Source of the DNA: Patescibacteria group bacterium
Lineage (GTDB): Bacteria; Patescibacteriota; Patescibacteriia; UBA1558; GWA2-36-10
Length of the DNA: 64,000 nt
Direction: 5' to 3'
Assembly (NCBI GenBank): GCA_041665545.1
Contig: JBAYIQ010000001.1
Location: 137,911 to 201,910 of the forward strand
This document shows, one piece after another, positions 1 through 8,469 of the stretch (within the stretch, counting starts at the first letter, position 1; every line of letters begins with the position of its first letter). The notes beneath the pieces were generated by a model. The model did no database searches. It was not told the origin of the DNA and saw only the letters and a program-made list of their open reading frames with translations. The position numbers and the translations under genes were made by a program.

Positions 1-4
1 ATAC

Positions 5-1024
5 GTGTCTTGGACAAAAAAATTGGAAATTTATTCTGGAGAAACTACTTTTGCTGAAGATATTGTTTTATTTTTGGACAACCGAGAAAAAACCCATCTA
101 TCAGCCGGCAGTAATACTTGGATTATCAACAAACAACAAAACCAATATGGCTTTTTTGACTCGGAAAATAATCTAAATATCACCGACATTGAGCAGGAAA
201 AATCCCAAGTGGCCTTCAAATTCACGGAAAAATACCAATTAGTTGATTGGTCGCCGAACAACCAAGAAATTTTGCTAAGTCTCAAAAATGTTTATTATTT
301 ATTTAACTTGGACCAAAAAAATCTGCGCCAGTTAAATATCATTGCTCCGGATAAAATAATTTGGGACAACAATGATGCTGGTTTAATCTGGTACCAAAAA
401 AATAAAAAAATATATCGTCACTACACTAATCAGCCCGATGCCAAAGACCAAGCAATAAGCGTTGATTTATCTTTTGTTGACTTTGATGTTGTTGGCGATT
501 ATTTATTGACTCTAAGCACTGATGACAAAACCTTTCAATTCCAAAAAATAAAAAAAACCGATTTCTCAATAGCTGATAAAATAGAAAATCTTAACAAAGG
601 CGCGCTCAAGGCCTGGCAAGCAGATGACAAATTAAGTATATTTGCTTTGGGTGCTGGATTATACATCAAAAAAGCTGACACCAACCCCACAATCATCCCC
701 CACACCGTGGCTGATATTCATGATGACCGGATTTTATTTACCAATGGCTATGAGACCAGTGTTTATAATTTTAAAGAAGACTGGTCAACGCTTATTGATC
801 GCTCTACCAAAATTGTCACTGATGTCCTCTGGCATCCCAATGGCAGTTATTTCTTGAGCGAGAGCAATGATCAGACATTTATTACCGAGATTGATGGCCG
901 TGACAAAAGAAATACTATTTCCATCTTAGAAAATCCTCTAAAGAAATTATACCTGTTCAACAATAAAGGTGATAAATTATTTATTCTGACACCTGACGAA
1001 AATTTTTATTTGACGATACAATAA
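5..1024 (+). CDS. hypothetical beta-propeller (PD40/TolB-like repeat) protein, probably 5'-truncated by window edge
   Basis: ORF open to window start; PD40-like blade motifs (DWSPNNQEILLS, VLWHPNGSYFLSES); hairpin plus T-run at 1041-1075. Confidence 0.55.
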   Translation: MSWTKKLEIYSGETTFAEDIVLFLDNREKTHLSAGSNTWIINKQQNQYGFFDSENNLNITDIEQEKSQVAFKFTEKYQLVDWSPNNQEILLSLKNVYYLFNLDQKNLRQLNIIAPDKIIWDNNDAGLIWYQKNKKIYRHYTNQPDAKDQAISVDLSFVDFDVVGDYLLTLSTDDKTFQFQKIKKTDFSIADKIENLNKGALKAWQADDKLSIFALGAGLYIKKADTNPTIIPHTVADIHDDRILFTNGYETSVYNFKEDWSTLIDRSTKIVTDVLWHPNGSYFLSESNDQTFITEIDGRDKRNTISILENPLKKLYLFNNKGDKLFILTPDENFYLTIQ

Positions 1025-1093
1025 AGTAAAAAAAATAACATTAAAGATCCACAAGTTAAAATGTGGATTTTTTAGTTATACACAGGCAAAGAC

Positions 1094-1123
1094 TTGACGT
1101 TCGCTTTTTGTTCGGTATATAAT
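1094..1123 (+). promoter_or_regulatory. putative lexA promoter (TTGACG ... TATAAT) with direct-repeat GTTC-N7-GTTC candidate SOS box in the spacer (1099-1113)
   Basis: TTGACG 1094-1099, TATAAT 1118-1123; GTTCgctttttGTTC lies between them; only sigma70-like promoter seen upstream of lexA. Confidence 0.45.
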
Positions 1124-1307
1124 ATAAGTACAAAGTAACAAGTAGAAAGTAGAAAGTTACGACGACCCCCCCCGCAAGCTTTATGGTATACACAGCTAGA
1201 TGTCATGTAATAAATCATAAGACACATACTACGCATATACTTTTAACTTTACCGCCCAAAGGGCGGTCGCCCTGTGGGCGATACTTTCTACTTTTAACTA
1301 AAAACAT

Positions 1308-1910
1308 ATGTCTCACATTACAAAAAAACAAAAATTGATGCTGGATTACATTACCGAGTTTATTCAGCTCAATGGCTATGCTCCTAGCTACCGAGAAATA
1401 GCCGAATACTTTGGCCTATCCTCTACGGCCACAGTCCATGACCATGTGCGCGCTTTAGAAGACAAGGGCTTAATCACCAGCACTCACAATGCTGCCCGCT
1501 CTCTCGAGCTAGTCAAATTCCGCTTTGGTAAGGCCATAGAATTGCCTCTAGTAGGCTTGATTGCCGCTGGTGAGCCAATTGAGGCCATTGAGCAAAACGA
1601 AACCATTACAGTGCCCCAAAGCATGGCTAGGGATGAAAACAGCTATGTCTTGAAAGTACGCGGTGATTCTATGATTGAAGATGGTATTTTGGATGGCGAC
1701 TATGTGATTGTCGAGCGTAGCTTTTACCCACAAAATGGCGATGTTGTGGTAGCCCTGCTGGATAACACCTATGCCACCCTAAAGCGTTATTACCGAGAAA
1801 AAGACCGCATCCGGCTACAGCCAGCCAATAGGACTATGCAACCCATTTATGACAAAAACCCAGCCATCCAAGGTATAGTCAGAGGCGTCTTAAGAACTTT
1901 CAACCAATAA
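1308..1910 (+). CDS. lexA: LexA repressor (S24 peptidase)
   Basis: N-terminal winged HTH (GYAPSYREIAEYFGLSS), Ala-Gly cleavage region (LIAAGEPIEA), GDSM serine and LKRY lysine motifs. Confidence 0.9.
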   Translation: MSHITKKQKLMLDYITEFIQLNGYAPSYREIAEYFGLSSTATVHDHVRALEDKGLITSTHNAARSLELVKFRFGKAIELPLVGLIAAGEPIEAIEQNETITVPQSMARDENSYVLKVRGDSMIEDGILDGDYVIVERSFYPQNGDVVVALLDNTYATLKRYYREKDRIRLQPANRTMQPIYDKNPAIQGIVRGVLRTFNQ

Positions 1911-2110
1911 TATGCCAAAAAGAAAACTAAAATTTTGGTACCGCAAAATGATGTTACATCAGGAAAATGAGCTGCTTAAAAAATATTCTCGTAAGATTAT
2001 GGTCCATCGCTATCTTAATTTTCTGCCAAAAAAACAGCTTTTAAAAATCATATAGTGCCTGCGAGTCAGGCCTACTGACTAGCGTCCAATCTGGAAACTA
2101 TTTAGTGGGC

Positions 2111-2139
2111 TTGACTTTTTTATATATTTCCATTATACT
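2111..2139 (+). promoter_or_regulatory. putative rpmA promoter TTGACT-N17-TATACT
   Basis: TTGACT 2111-2116, 17-nt spacer, TATACT 2134-2139, 35 nt upstream of rpmA ATG. Confidence 0.5.
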
Positions 2140-2174
2140 ATTTTTACATTTTTAACATCTAATTTAATAAAAGT

Positions 2175-2453
2175 ATGGCACATAAGAAATCCCAAGGATC
2201 TACAACTCTCGGCCGTGATTCCCAAGCCCAGCGTCTAGGAGTCAAGTTATTTGCTGGCCAAGTAGCCAAAGCTGGCTCTATTTTGGTACGCCAAAGAGGC
2301 ACCAAGTTTAAACCGGGCTTGAATGTAAAACGCGGTAAAGATGACACTTTGTTTGCTACAGTTGCTGGCGCAATTAAATTCCGCACAGTCAAAAAACCTC
2401 GTTTTGACAGTAGTCTAAAAAATATGCGCTATATTGATGTAGTCGCCAAATAA
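2175..2453 (+). CDS. rpmA: 50S ribosomal protein L27
   Basis: [24 protein letters not shown]... canonical L27 N-terminus. Confidence 0.95.
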   Translation: MAHKKSQGSTTLGRDSQAQRLGVKLFAGQVAKAGSILVRQRGTKFKPGLNVKRGKDDTLFATVAGAIKFRTVKKPRFDSSLKNMRYIDVVAK

Positions 2454-2465
2454 TTTTTTATACTT

Positions 2466-2505
2466 AAAAACAGCCCCGCACCGTATGGTGTGGGGCTGTT
2501 TTTTT
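2466..2505. terminator. bidirectional intrinsic terminator (family shared with 8425-8462)
   Basis: A5-CAGCCCCGCACC-GTAT-GGTGTGGGGCTG-T7 between convergent rpmA and ftsX. Confidence 0.75.
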
Positions 2506-2516
2506 AAATAACTATT

Positions 2517-3437
2517 TTATTGAGATTTCAAATATTTTCTGACCGCAAAAATTGTACTTATGCTGTTTAAGAAAGCTAGAGCCAAAAACTGGCCACCAAA
2601 AATAACCCAGAACTTACTATGAAAATAATTGGTTAAATTAATAACCTCACTGCCCTGATAATAGACATTGAGTGAGGGCTGTAAAAAGTTAGCGGCTGTA
2701 AAGACAACCAAAACAACCAAGATCAGGGCTAACAAGGCATAAAGCAAACTCTCAATGATAAACGGTATTTGCACAAACCAATTGCTAGCGCCAACTAATT
2801 TAATTATTATAATCTCATCTTTCCGGGTATAAATACTCATGCGGATAGTGTTGAAAATCACAATAGCGGAAATAAGTATAAATATGCCAATGATATACCA
2901 GCTATAACGATTGACTGAATCGGAAATTTTATTGATCTGAGAAATAAATTGTTCATAATTATGAAAGGCACTACTCTCTACTATGGTTTTATACTTATCC
3001 TGCTGTATAAAAGTCAATATTGTTTGGTACTGATTCAAATCATAAGCGTTGACTGCTAGATTATAGGAAAAGGGGTTTTCATTCTCACCAAAAATATCCA
3101 AGGCCTTAAGTACCGAACTGTCGGCATTACGCTCTTGAAAAAGTTTTTTATTGTCCTCTGGTGTGATGATAGTAACTTTTTTTACCTCGGGCAAATACTT
3201 CAGATCATCGTATAGGGCATCAAGATTTTCCTTACTGACATTGGGCTTTAGTGACACCAAAATATCTACCTTCTGCTCGACGCCCTGTAAAGTAGCTTGC
3301 TTCAAATAATCAATGCCCAAAAGAAAAGTGACCGAAAATAAAGACAAAAACATCATGGTCACGGTGACTAGGGTCAGCCAAAAATTTCGAAAAAATCCCT
3401 GCAAAGCAAACTTGATGATTCTAAAAAAACTATACAT
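2517..3437 (-). CDS. ftsX: cell-division ABC permease FtsX
   Basis: 4-TM FtsX topology with large first loop; immediately downstream of ftsE. Confidence 0.8.
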   Translation of the reverse strand: MYSFFRIIKFALQGFFRNFWLTLVTVTMMFLSLFSVTFLLGIDYLKQATLQGVEQKVDILVSLKPNVSKENLDALYDDLKYLPEVKKVTIITPEDNKKLFQERNADSSVLKALDIFGENENPFSYNLAVNAYDLNQYQTILTFIQQDKYKTIVESSAFHNYEQFISQINKISDSVNRYSWYIIGIFILISAIVIFNTIRMSIYTRKDEIIIIKLVGASNWFVQIPFIIESLLYALLALILVVLVVFTAANFLQPSLNVYYQGSEVINLTNYFHSKFWVIFGGQFLALAFLNSISTIFAVRKYLKSQ

Positions 3438-3442
3438 ATTTT

Positions 3443-4123
3443 TTATAATAAATAACGACCGTGCGTTTGATCACTGATCACATAACCATGATCTAAGGTT
3501 ATGACGCGACTCTTTAAATTATTAACCACATCCCGATTGTGAGTCACCAGCAAAACAGTAGTGCCCATACTATTTATTTTTTTCAACAAGTCAATAATAT
3601 CTCGCGTATTGATAGAATCCAAATTTCCAGTCGGTTCATCGGCCACTAGTAGTTTTGGCTTGTGCACCAAGCTACGACCAATAGCTACTCTCTGCTGTTC
3701 ACCGCCAGATAATTGATGGGGATAGCGATCGCCCTTGTCTTTGAGGCCAACCAGGGAAAGCATCTGTTGGGCTGTTTTGATAATTTCTTTTGGCTTATAG
3801 CCACAAACCTCCAAAGCAAAGGCAATATTTTCATAGGCCGTTTTTTTCGGCAACAACTTATAATCTTGAAAAATTATTCCCAATTGCCTACGCAAGGTTG
3901 GTATCTCATAATCCTTAATATTAGTAATGTCCCAGCCCCCTATTATTATTTTGCCAGAAGTGACTTTTTCTTCAGCAATAATTAACTTAATCAGGGTGGA
4001 TTTTCCACTACCGCTTTGACCAACTACAGAAATAAACTCACCTGGCAATACTTTCAAACTAACATCCTTTAGGGCCTGAATATTTTTTTTGTAAATTTTC
4101 GATAAATTAGTTATTTCAATCAT
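3443..4123 (-). CDS. ftsE: cell-division ATP-binding protein FtsE
   Basis: Walker A GQSGSGKST, signature LSGGEQQR, Walker B LLVADEPTGNLD. Confidence 0.85.
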   Translation of the reverse strand: MIEITNLSKIYKKNIQALKDVSLKVLPGEFISVVGQSGSGKSTLIKLIIAEEKVTSGKIIIGGWDITNIKDYEIPTLRRQLGIIFQDYKLLPKKTAYENIAFALEVCGYKPKEIIKTAQQMLSLVGLKDKGDRYPHQLSGGEQQRVAIGRSLVHKPKLLVADEPTGNLDSINTRDIIDLLKKINSMGTTVLLVTHNRDVVNNLKSRVITLDHGYVISDQTHGRYLL

Positions 4124-5070
4124 ATTGGTTCAACTTTTACATATATTAAGCCTGCCCCCAAAGAAGCAATTTGTTTAAAAGCTGTTTTGTCCATATCAAT
4201 CAAACGATTGGTCTTGGACTCTGGCCCATAATCATTGACAGTGACAATAACTGATTTGCCACTCAACAAACGCGTAACTTTCAACTTAGTTCCTTTTGGA
4301 TATTGGCGCGAAGCAGCATAAAGACCATTTTTATACCCAAAGCTACGATACCTAGACTGGTCATAAAAACTAGCCACACCATCATTGGCTGTTTCATCTT
4401 CAAAAACCGCCAAATAAATCGGCCCTGTTAATTTACTGAATGTCTGTTTCAAAAATTTTTCTTCCACATTGTTGTAGGCCCCTAACTTTAACCAAGTTTG
4501 CAATGACGGATCATATTGAAAAATTTGTTTATGCCAATTACTAGTACTTTGATAATAAAATTTTATGGCCAAATCATTTTTTTGAGAATCTAACTGATAA
4601 ACTCTTGATATCAGTTTAATATTTTCTGGCAGTTGGTAATCAGAGTATTCTGCAATATTAACCAGCTCTTTATCTTTGTCAACTACAATTTCTACTGGTA
4701 AAGAAGAACTGTCGGTGTTCTTTTTTAAATAAATTTTGTTATTCTTTATAGTGCTATTATCCAAAACCTGCCAATTATTTTGATCCGGGCTATATAACCA
4801 GGATTCAGCTGAGCTCAAAGAAAAAGCTGGCGTGGAATTTGATGGATAAAGCCCTAACTCAAATACGTTATTTGACACTGGATGCCAATCCACCACCCAC
4901 TGTTTTATTTCCTTATCCCAATCAACTAAAGTCAAATTTATACTGCCGACCGATATTTTATGAAAAAAATCCGTGTTAATAACATCAACATCCGCCTGAG
5001 CTGATGAAGCCAAAATACCAAAAAAACTAAATAGTATTAAATATTTTAATTTGTGTTTTATTTGTACCAT
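4120..5070 (-). CDS. secreted protein with C-terminal RlpA-like double-psi beta-barrel domain
   Basis: Signal peptide; C-terminus GVASFYD...YAASRQYPKGTKLKVTRLLSGKSVIVTVNDYGP matches RlpA/DPBB pattern. Confidence 0.65.
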   Translation of the reverse strand: MVQIKHKLKYLILFSFFGILASSAQADVDVINTDFFHKISVGSINLTLVDWDKEIKQWVVDWHPVSNNVFELGLYPSNSTPAFSLSSAESWLYSPDQNNWQVLDNSTIKNNKIYLKKNTDSSSLPVEIVVDKDKELVNIAEYSDYQLPENIKLISRVYQLDSQKNDLAIKFYYQSTSNWHKQIFQYDPSLQTWLKLGAYNNVEEKFLKQTFSKLTGPIYLAVFEDETANDGVASFYDQSRYRSFGYKNGLYAASRQYPKGTKLKVTRLLSGKSVIVTVNDYGPESKTNRLIDMDKTAFKQIASLGAGLIYVKVEPI

Positions 5071-5978
5071 TGATTTATTTGGGAGTTATTTTTCCAATCG
5101 GAAAAAAATTCATCCATACTCTTGGCCTTGATAGCGATGCCTCTTAATTCTTTAACCTCTTGCTTGGTTTCTGGATCAATACTATTACCTTGCAAACGCC
5201 ATATTATGTAATAACTAGGATTGCCGGGTAAAGTCATAATTTTGGTATATTCTCCGGGTTGCAAATTTTTTATTGGTTCACCAAACTCTCCCAGTTGATC
5301 AGTATTGACAAACATACTATCTTCAACATAAGTCATATCATCAGAAAACTCTTTGGCCACTTCTCCAAAATCTTTTTTATTATCAACTAGAGCTTGGTAG
5401 GCATTTTGAGCTTTTTGCATACCAGCCAAATCATTAAAATTATCCAATAAATACTTGTAAACCCTGGCTTCCCTAATCGCTGGTCTAACTACAAAATTTT
5501 CATAATCAGAGACATTAATCTTGGCTTTTTGCAGGCCTTGTTGCAAATTATCCTTACCACCCATGCTTTCATAAAAATCAGCTATATCTTGATCATTGAT
5601 GGTGATTTTATTATTTTTGGCAATACTTGCAACCCAAGTCTGGCGCAGAATCTTGTCCCAAGCAATTTCTTTAACCTGTTGGTCACTGGTTGTAAATTCT
5701 TCGCCTTGAGCAGTTGCTTGTTTTTTTAAATAATCAAAAGCAAAATTTTCATCACTAATATAATCCGCTAAAGCAATATTTATATTACCACTAGAATTAA
5801 TAACATTTCCGGCTGATAAATGATAAATTCTAGCAAATAGCGTGGCCACATCGCCAGTAAATTTTTTGGCGTAAATCATCCGAATCGTCCACCACTGGCT
5901 AGCCACAATCAAAATAAGCGCTGCTACAAGCAAGATTACGGTCTTTTTTTTAAAACTTACAATATTAAACTTTTTCAT
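5058..5978 (-). CDS. membrane-anchored parvulin-type peptidyl-prolyl isomerase (PpiC/SurA-like)
   Basis: N-terminal TM; C-terminal FGEVAKEFSDD...GEFGEPI parvulin-like block. Confidence 0.5.
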   Translation of the reverse strand: MKKFNIVSFKKKTVILLVAALILIVASQWWTIRMIYAKKFTGDVATLFARIYHLSAGNVINSSGNINIALADYISDENFAFDYLKKQATAQGEEFTTSDQQVKEIAWDKILRQTWVASIAKNNKITINDQDIADFYESMGGKDNLQQGLQKAKINVSDYENFVVRPAIREARVYKYLLDNFNDLAGMQKAQNAYQALVDNKKDFGEVAKEFSDDMTYVEDSMFVNTDQLGEFGEPIKNLQPGEYTKIMTLPGNPSYYIIWRLQGNSIDPETKQEVKELRGIAIKAKSMDEFFSDWKNNSQINQWYK

Positions 5979-6367
5979 TTAAAAAAATAATTAAACCATT
6001 TAACATAATTTGGCGATGATTTGGCTAACTCTGTTTGAACTGAACCTGCAGTGCTAGAGACAAAATTTATCTGCTTTTCTCCGGGCTTTACTAAATTGAG
6101 CTTAGTCCTAGCTTCTTTTTCTATATACTGGTCAGTCTTAAGATAAGCTATCATATTTCCAATTTTATCGGACTTGCTTTCCAAATCATTGAGTTGATTT
6201 TCTAGGGTCCTGATTTCTTTATTGATTTCGTAGCGCACCATTGCTTCACGAAAAACTTTGACAACAGACAAAACTAATAATACAACTAAAATCAAATTAA
6301 CAAATCGGGACTCAAAAAAAGCCCTGACGGAATCTTTTTTTTTGCTTTGACCTATCATCTTCTGCAA
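5975..6367 (-). CDS. septum formation initiator (FtsB/DivIC family)
   Basis: Single TM followed by coiled coil and YIEKEARTKLNLVKPGE motif. Confidence 0.6.
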   Translation of the reverse strand: MQKMIGQSKKKDSVRAFFESRFVNLILVVLLVLSVVKVFREAMVRYEINKEIRTLENQLNDLESKSDKIGNMIAYLKTDQYIEKEARTKLNLVKPGEKQINFVSSTAGSVQTELAKSSPNYVKWFNYFFK

Positions 6368-6463
6368 AAAGCATTTATATAATTATAACACAAAAGGACT
6401 TTTTTTCAAAAGTTTCTTTGCTAGCACGAAAAAAAGTGCTATAATATAAACAAATAAAAATAA

Positions 6464-7384
6464 ATGCAAATTAACCAAATCAAAACAAAAAAAATGACTT
6501 GGCTGCATATCAGCAAGCCAACGCCAGCTGATATAGAATATCTGCGCACTGAATACCAGTTTCACCCACTTGACCTTGAGGATTGCATTGGTCGTATTCA
6601 ACGGCCACAAATCAGCGAATACCCTCACTATCTTTTCTTTATTTTAACTTTTCCTTTTTACGATCGAAAAAATAGAGTAATCGAATCCAGCGAAATGGAT
6701 TTTTTTATTGGACCAAAATATTTGATCACTATCAGTGACAGCCTGACCCAAGTGGTGGACAACTTTTTTCACGACATGCAAAAAAATGACTATAGTCAGG
6801 ATCAATACATGCAAGATCATCCTGTTTTTCTACTTTATGAAATACTGCACCGCCTGCAAAATTATACTATGCCCATGCTAGATCACGTCAATCATGATAT
6901 TGAAGAAATGGAACACAATATTTTTGCTGGCAAAGAAAAAATAGTGGCCAAAGAAATTCTCAACATCAAAAGAAACATTGTGAACTTACGCAAAATAATG
7001 CAGGCCCACAAAAATATAATAAAAAAACTGATGGCCAGCAACACCAAAGTTTTTATGCCTGACAACACTCAGATATATTTTTCTAACATTTTGGACCGCA
7101 CTAAGGATATTTGGGATATCTTAGAAACACAAAAAGAAAACATTTCCGCCTTTCAGGAAGCCAATGAATCACTGATGTCTTACAAGTTGAATGAAATAAT
7201 CCGCGTGCTAACTATAATCTCAGTGGTCTTGATGCCGGCCAATTTATTGGCTGTTATCTTTGGCATGAAGAGTGAGGCCACACCGATTGTCGGCGCACGC
7301 TTTGATTTTTATATTATTGTCTCTATAATGCTGGTAATAATGGTGGGACTACTCAGCTACTTCAAAAAAAAGGATTGGCTATGA
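6464..7384 (+). CDS. corA: CorA-family Mg2+/Co2+ transporter
   Basis: Two C-terminal TMs with GMK variant of the GMN motif (AVIFGMKSE); start may be the internal Met at 6494. Confidence 0.8.
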   Translation: MQINQIKTKKMTWLHISKPTPADIEYLRTEYQFHPLDLEDCIGRIQRPQISEYPHYLFFILTFPFYDRKNRVIESSEMDFFIGPKYLITISDSLTQVVDNFFHDMQKNDYSQDQYMQDHPVFLLYEILHRLQNYTMPMLDHVNHDIEEMEHNIFAGKEKIVAKEILNIKRNIVNLRKIMQAHKNIIKKLMASNTKVFMPDNTQIYFSNILDRTKDIWDILETQKENISAFQEANESLMSYKLNEIIRVLTIISVVLMPANLLAVIFGMKSEATPIVGARFDFYIIVSIMLVIMVGLLSYFKKKDWL

Positions 7385-7453
7385 TTCTTGCCAATACAGC
7401 TTTTATCTGCTATAAATAATCCCAACTTTCCAATTGGGATTTTTGAATAATTT

Positions 7454-8425
7454 ATGGATAATTTTTGGGAAAAACTTAAACCACCCATTCTGACCACCAC
7501 GCCAATGGCGGGAATTACTGACTCGGCCTGGCGCCAACTCTGCAAAAAATGGGGTGCTGATGTGGTTTATACTGAATTCGTGTCGGTCGATGCTCTGTTT
7601 TATGATAGCAAAAAAACCTTGCAAATGCTGGAGTACAAAGCTAGTGAACAGCCAATTGTTGCCCAAATCTTTGGCAAAAGAAGCGATTTGTACCCCAAGG
7701 CCGCTAAACTAATTGAAAAACTCGGTTTTACTGGCGTGGACATAAATTTCGGCTGTCCAGCCAAAAAAGTAGCTGGCCATGGCGGTGGTATATGCCTACT
7801 CCGCGATATGGATACTGTCAAAAAAATAGTAGCCAATACTATTGAAGCAGTGACAATTCCAGTTTCCATAAAAACTAGAATTAGCTTGAATGCTGTGTCT
7901 GGATCTCCAGAAAAGGGAAAAATTACGGCCGTAGATTTATTAGATGCCTTGCAGGATTGTCCCCTAGCCGCGATTATTGTCCATGGACGCACCTATGAAA
8001 CTCCTTTTGCTGGCCCTGTTGACTTAGAAATGTTAAAAAATTTGCGTGAAAAATTCACTAAAGGAATATTTTTAATCAATGGCTCTTTTCAAAGTGTAGA
8101 ATCAGTAGTCAGTGATTTACAATACACCCAAGCTGATGGCATTGCCTTGGCTAGATCGCTCTATGGTAGGCCATGGATATTCAAACAAATCAAAGATTAT
8201 TTATTGACTGGGCAGTATCAAGAAATTACTTGGCCGGAAATAAAAGCTACTGCTATTGAGCATGCTCACCTGCTCTACGAAAATAAAGGGCCAAAAGGTT
8301 TTCAAGAAATGCGTAAACATTTATTATTTTATGCCAAAGGCCATCCTCAGGCCAGCTCACTCCGATACAGTTTGGTAAGAGTAAACACTCCACAAGAAGT
8401 AGAAAAAATATTCTCGGAAATATAA
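7454..8425 (+). CDS. dus: tRNA-dihydrouridine synthase
   Basis: PMAGITDSAWR, INFGCPAKKV, catalytic Cys region GGGICLLRD. Confidence 0.85.
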   Translation: MDNFWEKLKPPILTTTPMAGITDSAWRQLCKKWGADVVYTEFVSVDALFYDSKKTLQMLEYKASEQPIVAQIFGKRSDLYPKAAKLIEKLGFTGVDINFGCPAKKVAGHGGGICLLRDMDTVKKIVANTIEAVTIPVSIKTRISLNAVSGSPEKGKITAVDLLDALQDCPLAAIIVHGRTYETPFAGPVDLEMLKNLREKFTKGIFLINGSFQSVESVVSDLQYTQADGIALARSLYGRPWIFKQIKDYLLTGQYQEITWPEIKATAIEHAHLLYENKGPKGFQEMRKHLLFYAKGHPQASSLRYSLVRVNTPQEVEKIFSEI

Positions 8426-8462
8426 AAAACAGCCCTGCACCGTACGGTGCAGGGCTGTTTTT
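8425..8462. terminator. bidirectional intrinsic terminator (family shared with 2466-2505)
   Basis: A6-CAGCCCTGCACC-GTAC-GGTGCAGGGCTG-T5 between convergent dus and the 1230-aa gene. Confidence 0.75.
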
Positions 8463-8469
8463 ATTTATA

